A stretch of 19,337 nt of DNA from Fibrobacteria bacterium (GCA_043732185.1 JAYTHY010000135.1:1-19337), one strand, 5' to 3'; counted from the stretch's first letter, positions 8,787 to 17,264 are shown. Program-made: numbers and translations. The notes: generated by a model not told the origin, from the letters alone.

Positions 8787-9956
8787 TCAGTACATCAATC
8801 CAAAACCAAAGTTAATAACGGTTTTTTGATTTCCCGTTTCACCACTTTGAGCCATATATCCATTGGGGTTTTGCGAGGTCCAGTTTTCCACGTCCAATTT
8901 GAAAGCCAGATTGGGAATGGGATAGTAGGCTAATCCAGTCGTGATTCCCTTTTCACCGACATCGGGAGCGTCAACCTCAGCTGGGTTCAGATCGAGATTG
9001 ATATTTTCAAAACGCACAAAGGGCGCCAACTGGGATCCAGAGCCCACCAAATCCTGGAAAAAGTAAGCGACTTCACCCAAGTAGCCGAACATATTTCGGC
9101 CAGTACTTTTCAATGTCTTGTCGAAATAGGAACCGCCCATGGAGCCATAAACGACTTGGGCTTGTACTTGGAATCCCATTTTCTTGAACTTGGCATCGGC
9201 AGAATATAGGCCTACAGTCAGTTGCTGGTTTGCATCGCTAGTTTGGTCCGCGCCTCCGAAATACGCTGATGCGCCCAGGTTTAAACTGAGGATCGGTGCA
9301 TATTCAAGACGCGCAACACCGGCGATATCCTCTGCATGGATCGTCTCACCCTCGGCGCGGCCTTCCGCGATTCCTTTGGTGCCCTTGTCAGCTATAATGC
9401 CTGAGCCTTTGAGGCCGTTGACAAGATAGGCACGAGCGGAAAGACCTTGCTCAGGATAGGAAAAAACAAATCCGGTTCCGACTTCATTCCAAGTGGTGGG
9501 GATAAGCTGAGTATTGATTTGCGATCGTTCCACAGACAGAAATAGGGGCGGTTCATGATATTCATTCAACGGGCCCATGGGCATCAGCATGTGTCCGATT
9601 CGCCAACTAAGGTTTTGCGTTAAGGCCCATTCCACATACGCAAATTCCAATTCCGGTTCCGTGAAAGCATGCTCAAAATCCAATTCCATATTGAAAAAGA
9701 TGGAAGAGGCAAGCTGCGCTTTGAGACCGATTACGGCTCTATGCACATCCAAGACTCTTTGCTGATCGAGATCATTATTGGAATGCACTTCGGCATAGCC
9801 GTGAAAATGAATGCGCTCTTCTTCTGCCGCAGAAATCTGGATAGCCGCCAGGGAGGTCAGAATGACCAGACCCTTTAGACAGCCCATTGGGGAATAGGAT
9901 TGTTTTGCTGTGCTTCGCCATCGTCGGAATACATTACTGGCCATTTTAGCCTCCAT
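8787..9956 (-). CDS. Outer-membrane beta-barrel/porin of a type often linked to iron-uptake and FMN clusters
   Basis: Signal peptide; HGYAEVH, ELDFEHA, ELEFAYVE, PMGPLNEYHEPPLFLSVER, IPTTWNEVG; C-terminal FGFGLMY strand. True start may be downstream of 9956. Confidence 0.8.
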   Translation of the reverse strand: MEAKMASNVFRRWRSTAKQSYSPMGCLKGLVILTSLAAIQISAAEEERIHFHGYAEVHSNNDLDQQRVLDVHRAVIGLKAQLASSIFFNMELDFEHAFTEPELEFAYVEWALTQNLSWRIGHMLMPMGPLNEYHEPPLFLSVERSQINTQLIPTTWNEVGTGFVFSYPEQGLSARAYLVNGLKGSGIIADKGTKGIAEGRAEGETIHAEDIAGVARLEYAPILSLNLGASAYFGGADQTSDANQQLTVGLYSADAKFKKMGFQVQAQVVYGSMGGSYFDKTLKSTGRNMFGYLGEVAYFFQDLVGSGSQLAPFVRFENINLDLNPAEVDAPDVGEKGITTGLAYYPIPNLAFKLDVENWTSQNPNGYMAQSGETGNQKTVINFGFGLMY

Positions 9957-9985
9957 ATAAAAGGTACCGAGTTTGTTCTTGGTTA

Positions 9986-10027
9986 AGGATACTCAAAGCT
10001 TGCCTTCAAATCAAGACTAAGTCTCAA
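9986..10027 (-). promoter_or_regulatory. Putative promoter of the porin/FMN operon with overlapping palindromic operator
   Basis: Minus strand TTGATT (10014-10009), 17 bp, TATCCT (9991-9986); dyad AGACT-N-AGTCT within TCAAGACTAAGTCTCAA (10011-10027). Confidence 0.5.
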
Positions 10028-10122
10028 TCTTAAACTTGCCAAAATTGCAAAGTGCCGGTTTTTCAGTCTATATTGGGGTTGCTACTCTTAAAAGCCTAAT
10101 TCTTTACCATGGGACCGATACA

Positions 10123-10809
10123 ATGAAATCAGAAAGCCAACACCGCGCCATCGTCCTTGGCGCAACCGGAGCCGTGGGAGCCAATATTGTAAAAGCGCTT
10201 GTGCAATCTCCCAGCTATGTAGGCGTGACAACTATAGGCCGTCGCATCCAATCCGATCTGGCAAATTCCAATGCAAAATTAACCCAACACATCGTGGACG
10301 TTTTTGATCCCAAGTCTTATGACCGGCTCCTACCCGGGCACAGTCATGCCTTTTGTGCCTTTGGAATTGGCCAACCTTCGAAAACCCATCCAGAAGATTT
10401 TCAAAAGGTGGACATTGATGCCGTTTTGCACTTTGCCGCGGCCTGTCATGCACAAGGCGTGAGGCATATTTCCGTGATGACCTCTGTAGGTTCAAATCCC
10501 AAATCATCTATTCGGTATTTGCGACTCAAAGGTGAATTGGAAAAAGATATCGCCGCTATGGGCTTTCCGCGAACCAGTTTTTTCCGCCCCTCCATGCTGA
10601 TAACGCCAAACAATCGCTATGGATTGATGCAAGGCATTTTATTAAAGGCCACGCCTCTATTGGACCCTTTTCTCTTAGGGCCCTTGAGCCGGTATCGCAG
10701 CATCAAGGTTTCGGAATTGGGAACAGCCATGGTATTGAATGCGGACACCACGGGACAGGGATTGGAAATACTGGAATGGAAAGATTTTAAAAGGATTTCG
10801 AAAATATGA
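10123..10809 (+). CDS. NAD(P)-binding atypical SDR (TIP30/HTATIP2, YraR-like)
   Basis: IVLGATGAVG, FCAFG, FQKVD, YLRLKGELE, FFRPSML; likely start ATG 10123. Confidence 0.88.
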   Translation: MKSESQHRAIVLGATGAVGANIVKALVQSPSYVGVTTIGRRIQSDLANSNAKLTQHIVDVFDPKSYDRLLPGHSHAFCAFGIGQPSKTHPEDFQKVDIDAVLHFAAACHAQGVRHISVMTSVGSNPKSSIRYLRLKGELEKDIAAMGFPRTSFFRPSMLITPNNRYGLMQGILLKATPLLDPFLLGPLSRYRSIKVSELGTAMVLNADTTGQGLEILEWKDFKRISKI

Positions 10810-11135
10810 ATTACTACGATAGCTGTGACTTGAAAAAATTCGGGAACATCCGCCGCACCAACAAGGAATTGGGAGATAAGTTTTTCGATTATTTCGACTC
10901 CGTTATGAAAGCGGGGGCCTTAAGTGAACGCGAAAAAGCTTTAATCGCCTTGGCGGTTTCTCATGCGCTCAAATGTCCCTATTGCATTGATTCCTATTCA
11001 ACCGCTTGCCTTGAAAAAGGCGCCGATGAGGCACAGATGAATGAGGCCGTGCATGTGGCAGCGGCCATGGCGGCAGGAATAACTTTGGTGCATGGCGTAC
11101 AAATGATGAATAAAATTGATGATTTGTCCTTATAA
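10806..11135 (+). CDS. AhpD/carboxymuconolactone decarboxylase-like protein, arsenosugar-biosynthesis-associated type
   Basis: YYDxxDLKKFG...KFFDY...GALSEREKALIALAV..CPYCID...TLVHGVQMMN; CxxC motif; ATGA overlap. Confidence 0.88.
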   Translation: MNYYDSCDLKKFGNIRRTNKELGDKFFDYFDSVMKAGALSEREKALIALAVSHALKCPYCIDSYSTACLEKGADEAQMNEAVHVAAAMAAGITLVHGVQMMNKIDDLSL

Positions 11136-11140
11136 AAAAA

Positions 11141-12118
11141 GTGAGCCCAATTTTGACGACACTCAAGCACTCTTGTTTTTCCAGCTTTCTAAAAATGGCC
11201 TTTTTGGCTCCGACAATTCTGTTTGCAGCCGAAACTAAGGTAAGGGATTTCGAACCCAGCGCAGCTTTGCTGAAATATTGGAAGTCCGGGCTCGCGGAAC
11301 TATCCAGTTACTCCATACTCGAAGAGCGCTACGGTGAAATGCGTCAGGCACAGGGCGTTATGGTGTTTGTCTATGAAGAAACCAATCTCGATACCCGCAT
11401 CAAAGTGGAAACCGACAAAACCATACCGGCCAAACGAATACCGGTACTCAAGCTCAACAACATCCTCAAATTTACTACCGGCATTTATGATTATTCCATT
11501 ATGACTTCGGTTTTTTCCGGTCTATCCAGCCGGGGGGTGCCTCGGCCTTTTGCCCCGCTTAAGATTTCCTTCAGCTCACAGGAGTGGTGCGGAAATGTCT
11601 ACCATCAACTGTTGCCGATGAAAAACGGGTTGGTGTCGGATATGCATTCCTACTTTGAGGCGGAAGGCGATAGCAAATCCACTCTGCCCTATCCCACCGG
11701 ACCCGTTTACTATGAAGATGAAATGCCCATACTGCTTCGCGAATTGGATGGTGAATTTTTAAAATCCGGCAGCCCGCTGAAAATACAGTTGGTGCCTAGT
11801 CTTTGGAAAAGACGCAAGCGCCATGCTCCTTTGACATTTCTGCCAGCCACACTTACCAAAGTCGGATCAGAATCTTTATCCTTAAATCAAACTCAAGTCA
11901 ATGCGTTAAAGTGGACCTTGGAAAGTCAAGACATAACTACGACTTTTCATATTGAAGCAGCCCTACCCCACAAACTGCTCGCTTGGGAAAACACCCTTGG
12001 CGAACAGGGAAAACTGCTTAAAAGCGTGCGGAAATCGTATTGGGAACGCCATGATAACAAGCATAAAATCCTACGAAAAGAGCTGGGCCTTAGTTATGGG
12101 GTGGGTGGAGAAAATTAA
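11141..12118 (+). CDS. Conserved exported hypothetical protein (YWxxGxAE...QEWCG family)
   Basis: YWKSGLAELSSY..EERYGE, PVLKLN..KFTTGIYDYSIMTSVF, SSQEWCGNVY; N-terminal signal-like segment; start could be ATG 11195. Confidence 0.75.
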   Translation: MSPILTTLKHSCFSSFLKMAFLAPTILFAAETKVRDFEPSAALLKYWKSGLAELSSYSILEERYGEMRQAQGVMVFVYEETNLDTRIKVETDKTIPAKRIPVLKLNNILKFTTGIYDYSIMTSVFSGLSSRGVPRPFAPLKISFSSQEWCGNVYHQLLPMKNGLVSDMHSYFEAEGDSKSTLPYPTGPVYYEDEMPILLRELDGEFLKSGSPLKIQLVPSLWKRRKRHAPLTFLPATLTKVGSESLSLNQTQVNALKWTLESQDITTTFHIEAALPHKLLAWENTLGEQGKLLKSVRKSYWERHDNKHKILRKELGLSYGVGGEN

Positions 12119-12188
12119 CAGAGCTATTGCCTTCATGCCTGCCGTATCGTAAGATTCTGCGAGTCACTTCCTAAAGCAGAGGCATACC

Positions 12189-12662
12189 ATGGCTCCTTCC
12201 GTTAAAGTTGAACACATCAACCCTTTCATATCGGCCACGGTCGAAACGTTTTCAAGCATGTTGAAAACCAAGGTTGTTCCCGGTAGAATTTTTCTGGTGA
12301 AAGGCTCCAATCTTCATCATGATATTTCCGGCATCATCGGCCTTAGCGGAGGTGCCAAGGGAACCATCACCCTTAGCTTTCCGAGGTTGACGGCAGTTAA
12401 AACCGTATCCGCATTCATCGGTGAAAAAATCGTCACGATGGATGATACTGTAAAGGACGCCATTGGAGAATTGGCGAACATCGTAGCCGGCGCTGCCAAA
12501 AAAGATTTAACCCAATTTAAGATCAGCATTTCCTTGCCCACGGTAATCATAGGTGAAAACCATGAAGTACAAGGCGGCAAGGAAGTGACACCCATGGCGG
12601 TGCCATTCGAATCTCCGTTAGGAACATTCTGTCTCATCGTCGGTTTCCAGAGCGAGCTTTGA
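12189..12662 (+). CDS. cheX: Chemotaxis phosphatase CheX (copy 1)
   Basis: HINPFI, DISGIIGLSG, catalytic ExxN DAIGELANIVAG, ISLPTVIIG; GAGG RBS. Confidence 0.92.
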   Translation: MAPSVKVEHINPFISATVETFSSMLKTKVVPGRIFLVKGSNLHHDISGIIGLSGGAKGTITLSFPRLTAVKTVSAFIGEKIVTMDDTVKDAIGELANIVAGAAKKDLTQFKISISLPTVIIGENHEVQGGKEVTPMAVPFESPLGTFCLIVGFQSEL

Positions 12663-12665
12663 TTA

Positions 12666-13136
12666 GTGTCGTTATCCATTCGGTCTGAACATATCAATCC
12701 CTTTATTATTTCAAATATGGAAACCTTCAAAAAAATGCTCGGCATGGAAGCCAAACCCAGCAAGGCCATGCTCAAAACCCATTCCACTTTGGACTATGAT
12801 ATTTCCGGGCTGATTGGATTATCCGGGAAAGTGATCGGTTCCGTAGCAATGTGCTTTCCAGAGGCATCTGCCATTGCCATCTGCAATAAGTTCATGACCG
12901 CGGAATATGAAAATCTGCACGAGGACATCCTGGATGCAGTTGGTGAACTGGTCAATATCGTAGCCGGCAACGCCAAAAAAGGACTGGCTGAATTCGATAT
13001 AGAGATCTCCCTGCCTAGCGTGATCGTGGGTCACAATCATCGTATTGTCGAACCCAAAGGAGCGCTTTCCTTTGTCATTCCTTTTACTACGCTGCTTGGT
13101 GGTTTTCACATGGGTGTGAGCCTAAAAGTCGCCTGA
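12666..13136 (+). CDS. cheX: Chemotaxis phosphatase CheX (copy 2)
   Basis: HINPFI, DISGLIGLSG, DAVGELVNIVAG, ISLPSVIVG; GTG start 3 nt after the copy 1 stop. Confidence 0.92.
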   Translation: MSLSIRSEHINPFIISNMETFKKMLGMEAKPSKAMLKTHSTLDYDISGLIGLSGKVIGSVAMCFPEASAIAICNKFMTAEYENLHEDILDAVGELVNIVAGNAKKGLAEFDIEISLPSVIVGHNHRIVEPKGALSFVIPFTTLLGGFHMGVSLKVA

Positions 13137-13174
13137 AACTTTAAAGAGTAAATCCGTACCGAAAGGAAAATCCC

Positions 13175-13537
13175 ATGAAAATCCTACTAGTTGATGACTC
13201 CACAACCATGCGCCGCATCCAAAAAAATACTTTGGAAAAAATAGGTCACACTGATGTTACTGAGGCTGGAGATGGGCTTGAGGCCCTGGCCAAACTGGCT
13301 ACAGGCGGGTTCGAGTTGGTATTGATGGATTGGAACATGCCTAATATGACCGGAATCGAGGCGTTGAAAAAAATCAAAGCGGACCCTGCTATAAAGCATA
13401 TACCCGTGATCATGGTGACTTCGGAATCTGAAAAAACCAGAATTATGGAAGCAATACAAAGCGGAGCGGCGAATTATGTGGTAAAGCCGTTTCAACCGGA
13501 AACGCTGGCCGAAAAGATCAATTCCATCAAGAAATAA
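13175..13537 (+). CDS. cheY: Single-domain response regulator CheY
   Basis: ILLVDDSTTMRRI, MDWNMPNMTG, PVIMVTSE, NYVVKPF; AAGGA RBS. Confidence 0.92.
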   Translation: MKILLVDDSTTMRRIQKNTLEKIGHTDVTEAGDGLEALAKLATGGFELVLMDWNMPNMTGIEALKKIKADPAIKHIPVIMVTSESEKTRIMEAIQSGAANYVVKPFQPETLAEKINSIKK

Positions 13538-13538
13538 C

Positions 13539-14468
13539 CTATTTGATTGGGTTTCTTTTCTCCAGAAACTCCAAGAGAAGACTGCGCTTGCCGGAGCAGA
13601 GAGGTATCAACTTCTTCTTCTCCTCTTCCAGTTGCGCGATATCTTCCATGAGCCTTTCAAACCGCTCCAGCAGATTTAAAGACTCCGCTAATTCTTCAAA
13701 TCGACGTTCATCAATGAGCATTTTTAAGGCGGACATTTTCCGGCGCAATTGACGGGCGACAAAATCAACTGAAGGCAATACGGCGCTCTGCGCGGGCTGC
13801 CCCACCTTTACGCGGATATTGTCTAAAAAGCTATTCCAGAATCGATTAACTTGCCTAAGCTGAATGGAGAAGTCGAGCAATTTGGACTTCATCTCCGCCG
13901 ACGTTCCCTCGGCAAGCATCAGCCCCGCCTTGCGAGGCGCGGGCAATACGCGAACTTCAAAAAGGGACGGTTCATCGAAATCCATTTCCATGGCTTCAGC
14001 TAGTCCAAAAATTTCCAATAGCTCACCAACTTGCAGCGGCTCTTGGCGCTCAATGCCAATTCCTTCAGCACTAAAATCAATCATTTTGGCTGCATGTTCT
14101 TCAGCACTACCCGACCGTCGATATCGGATGGGGAAATTATTAATGGACCATCGATCGCTTCTACGCTTGATCAAGTCCTCTGAATTACTCAATAAGCGGA
14201 TTGAAACGCGCCACTCACCAAGCGAGTCCTCAACTTTGAGAATCTCACCGCTTAAATGATATTGGCCGGTTTTAAGATCCTCGTCCTCGGTATCCGTGAA
14301 GCCTAGGTAAATATCGACAGCAACTAAAGATTGGGGGGTCTGCTTTAGCTTGCAGATTAAAACCGTCTCTTCCAAAGCCACAGGCTCTGCAACTTGAGAA
14401 TCCACCACTAAACGATGCCGGTCCTTAAAGGGGCCGAATAGCTGCTCTAAAATCTTTTTCAATGCCAT
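13539..14468 (-). CDS. PilZ-domain protein with C-terminal coiled coil
   Basis: RxxxR (RRSDR) followed by DxSxxG (DFSAEG); helical charged C-terminus. Confidence 0.75.
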   Translation of the reverse strand: MALKKILEQLFGPFKDRHRLVVDSQVAEPVALEETVLICKLKQTPQSLVAVDIYLGFTDTEDEDLKTGQYHLSGEILKVEDSLGEWRVSIRLLSNSEDLIKRRSDRWSINNFPIRYRRSGSAEEHAAKMIDFSAEGIGIERQEPLQVGELLEIFGLAEAMEMDFDEPSLFEVRVLPAPRKAGLMLAEGTSAEMKSKLLDFSIQLRQVNRFWNSFLDNIRVKVGQPAQSAVLPSVDFVARQLRRKMSALKMLIDERRFEELAESLNLLERFERLMEDIAQLEEEKKKLIPLCSGKRSLLLEFLEKRNPIK

Positions 14469-14539
14469 GCGGTACTCATCCGAAGTCCGCGTTAATTATC
14501 TTTCCTGGACCCCCTTTCAGACAATACCGAAATAAATTT

Positions 14540-15883
14540 TCACCATATTTCAGGAACCATTCTAGGTGGAATTTTTCCATCCTTATCCTCGACCACCATC
14601 AAGCCAGAGGCCTTTCCCCGCTCGAACGGTCTACCGTCCACGGTCTTAAAATGGAATGCTCCACGATCCAATTCCCGTCTAGAAATCGGTTTTTGACCCT
14701 GAGACAATCGAACCGAGGTGGAACCAGGACGCATATCCGGGGATTCGAGAATTCGAATCGTACTGCTTTCCACACTCATAGCAAAAACACGGCCTCGTGA
14801 ATCATTAGCAAAGGAACTCAAGCCCGCCAACGTGGCCACTTTCACGTCCGCCACTCGAGCGCCATTCTGTACTTGCATGGCCCAGATACTGCCGCTGGTG
14901 TTATCACCAAAAAAATACTTGTCATGGAAAGCACAAAGAGGATCGCCTCGGAAAAAAACGCCCCCAATCATGGCTCTATCGTTATTGGCATGGGACCTTT
15001 CCACAACAGGATCGATCAAACCGGTAGTGGAGCAAGTTGCCGGTCCACCTGGACGGCAATGCAGCCCTTCACGGATTTTCCACCCCATGTTACCCCCCTT
15101 GGGCACCAAGTCCACCTCTTCATACGCGTCTTGCCCCACATCACCCACCCACAATTCCCCGCGGGTTGGGTGGAAACTCCAGCGATACGGATTGCGAAAA
15201 CCATAAGCCCAAATCTCGCCCCGATAACCAGATTGCCCAACAAACGGGTTGGTGGTGGGAATGGCATATTGAAGACCGCCCGCTTGGCTGTTGACGTCGA
15301 TGCGCAAGATTTTCCCAAGCAGGCTATCCGTATTTTGAGCTCTATTGTCTGGATCGTTTTGCGGGCCGCCATCTCCAATACCGATGTAAAGAAATCCATC
15401 TTGACCAAAGGCGATGGTGCCGCCGTTGTGATTGGAAGCGGGGTCAGAAACTCGTAGTAGCACCCGTTCCGTGCCAGCCGAGTCGCTGGACAAATTGCTT
15501 TTTGTTAATCTTTCGGCCACATAATCACCCAATCCTGCGGAGCTGCGGAGAAAATAGGTGTAGTACTTCCGGTTCTGCAGGAAATTGGGATGAAAGGCAA
15601 AGCCCAGTAAGCCATCCTCACTTGAACCACCGGAAACTGGAACCGTCACGAAAATGGATTTGACCCAAACGCCACCAGCTCTTTGTACCAGTTGCGCAGT
15701 GCCTAACTGTTCAACAACAATATAGGCGCTGTCCTTCCCGGGATAAGGCACCATATGCACGGGTCGGGTAAAGGTGAGCCCAGGAAAGAAATCGCGCAAG
15801 GTCACGGTGTTGGGAATCGTCTGGCCAAATCCTGAGGAAAGCGCGCCCAGGAATGCTGCTACACTAATGAGTTTCAAATTCAT
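14540..15883 (-). CDS. Secreted PQQ-dependent sugar dehydrogenase (GSDH/sorbosone family)
   Basis: Signal peptide; GLLGFAFHPNF, NHNGGTIAFGQDGFLYIGIGDGG, LGKILRIDV, EIWAYGFRNPYRWSF, GDVGQDAYEEV, GGNMGW. Confidence 0.93.
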   Translation of the reverse strand: MNLKLISVAAFLGALSSGFGQTIPNTVTLRDFFPGLTFTRPVHMVPYPGKDSAYIVVEQLGTAQLVQRAGGVWVKSIFVTVPVSGGSSEDGLLGFAFHPNFLQNRKYYTYFLRSSAGLGDYVAERLTKSNLSSDSAGTERVLLRVSDPASNHNGGTIAFGQDGFLYIGIGDGGPQNDPDNRAQNTDSLLGKILRIDVNSQAGGLQYAIPTTNPFVGQSGYRGEIWAYGFRNPYRWSFHPTRGELWVGDVGQDAYEEVDLVPKGGNMGWKIREGLHCRPGGPATCSTTGLIDPVVERSHANNDRAMIGGVFFRGDPLCAFHDKYFFGDNTSGSIWAMQVQNGARVADVKVATLAGLSSFANDSRGRVFAMSVESSTIRILESPDMRPGSTSVRLSQGQKPISRRELDRGAFHFKTVDGRPFERGKASGLMVVEDKDGKIPPRMVPEIW

Positions 15884-15999
15884 GTTTTTCCCCTTTGAAT
15901 GACCCTTGGTAAAAATAACTATTGGGTCAAAAATGCGGGTGCAAAACAGGAGCTAAGAATCGGAACAGTCTACTCGAAAAAGCACAAATTGAACTGTTT

Positions 16000-16023
16000 A
16001 AAGCGATAACCCGCTTTTCGTTT
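16000..16023. terminator. Weak, possibly bidirectional intrinsic terminator
   Basis: AAAGCG-ataacc-CGCTTT hairpin with T runs on both strands, downstream of the minus-strand VOC genes. Confidence 0.3.
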
Positions 16024-16164
16024 AGCCTTTTTCCCAATATTCTTTTCCACCCTTGATGACTTGAAACAGCGGATGGGTTTCAACTTTTTTCTGGGCACTT
16101 GGCCTTTTGTGTCTAAATATTTAGGATGAGTGGACTAGATTCGCTTACTTGTTACTGCAACTTC

Positions 16165-16499
16165 TCACTGGCCTTGAGGCGGCTGCCAGAGTTCGACCTT
16201 GTTTTCCTCTGGATCCATGACCCAGGCAAATTTTCCATACTCGGAATCATCCATTTTTTCGAGCACATTGCAGCCTTCTTCTTTCAGTACCTTGACCAAT
16301 GCGAGAAGGTCTTCCACTCGGTAGTTGACCATGAAGGGGGCTGAGCTCGGCGCAAAGTGATTGCTTTTTTCCGGATCGATGCACCAGGCCGTGGTTCCAG
16401 CAAAAGGCTTGCCGTCTGCATCCGTCCATGGAAAAGCTGCTCCGCCCCAACCTTGAACATCAATTCCCAAGTGTCGCTTATACCAGTAACCCGTTTCAT
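16165..16499 (-). pseudogene. VOC/glyoxalase family gene with an internal frameshifting deletion
   Basis: Family-typical start MKRVTGI (ATG 16499) is in one frame; WYKRHLGIDVQ...MVNYRVEDL...YGKFAWVMDPEENKVELWQP is in another; the usual GGIFFK segment is missing. Confidence 0.8.
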
Positions 16500-16972
16500 G
16501 CAGCCTCAATTGCAGCGATATCGATTTTTGTCATTTCCATCATCGCGTTAAAAGCACGCTTAGCGGCAACGGGATCTGGATTCGAGATCGCCTGCGTGAG
16601 CGCGATCGGCGTTATTTGCCAAGACACTCCCCATTTGTCCTTGCACCAACCGCACGCGCTCTCCTGTCCACCGTTGCTCACGATCGCATTCCAGTACCGA
16701 TCCGTTTCGGCTTGATCAACGGTTGCAACCTGAAACGAGAATGCTTCATTGTGCTTGAATGTGGGGCCACCGTTGATGCCTAAGCAGTGAACCCCCATGA
16801 CAGTGAACCAAACGGTCAGCACGTCCCCCTGCTTTCCGGATGGAAAATCTCCGGGGGCGAGGTACACTTCGCCGACGGATGAATCCGGAAAGGTTTTGGC
16901 GTAAAACTGCGCTGCTTCCACGGCATCACTGTTATACCAAAGGCAAATCGTATTTTTTGCGGGGGTAATCAT
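16496..16972 (-). CDS. PhnB-like VOC protein (3-demethylubiquinone-9 3-methyltransferase-like domain)
   Basis: KNTICLWY, GINGGPTFKHNEAFSFQV, ESACGWCKDKWGVSWQITP, MMEMTKIDIA; AAGGA RBS. Confidence 0.9.
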   Translation of the reverse strand: MITPAKNTICLWYNSDAVEAAQFYAKTFPDSSVGEVYLAPGDFPSGKQGDVLTVWFTVMGVHCLGINGGPTFKHNEAFSFQVATVDQAETDRYWNAIVSNGGQESACGWCKDKWGVSWQITPIALTQAISNPDPVAAKRAFNAMMEMTKIDIAAIEAA

Positions 16973-17108
16973 GCGAATCTTCCTTTATATCGAGTGCCGA
17001 ATACGCACCGACAATGGACTTCGAACGGTTTTTGTATTGAGAGAAGTAAAATGTTCGCACATATTTGGCAATATTTTTTGGTGTTCGTATTTCCAGGGGG
17101 CGAGTACG

Positions 17109-17264
17109 CTATTTGAAGTTTTGAAATTGACGTGGGCTGACCGTGTTGTATAGCCCGTAGTGGGTTAGGCCCTTGTGCGCCTTGTCATCAAAAGAGTAGG
17201 CGTTAATGCGTGGACGGGGCTGCGGCTTTGGGGCGAGAATTTCTTCGATGGTGGGTTTATGCAT
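17109..17264 (-). pseudogene. Truncated 5' remnant resembling a GIY-YIG/T5orf172-type restriction endonuclease-helicase
   Basis: MHKPTIEEILAPKPQPRPRINAYSFDDKAHKGL matches my recollection of that family's N-terminus, which continues LKVGQT; similarity stops near 17166; ATG overlaps the yhcG stop. Confidence 0.6.

Noticed and set aside
12317..12787. 156-aa minus-strand ORF across the cheX genes
   Set aside because: Antisense shadow of two clear CheX genes.
14718..15457. Long antisense ORFs (162 and 194 aa) over the PQQ dehydrogenase
   Set aside because: Shadow frames of a well-supported gene with no recognisable motifs.
17135..17170. Complete attC site (GGCTGAC...GTTAGGC)
   Set aside because: Only 36 bp, shorter than known attC sites, with mismatched R boxes and opposite orientation to the genes.
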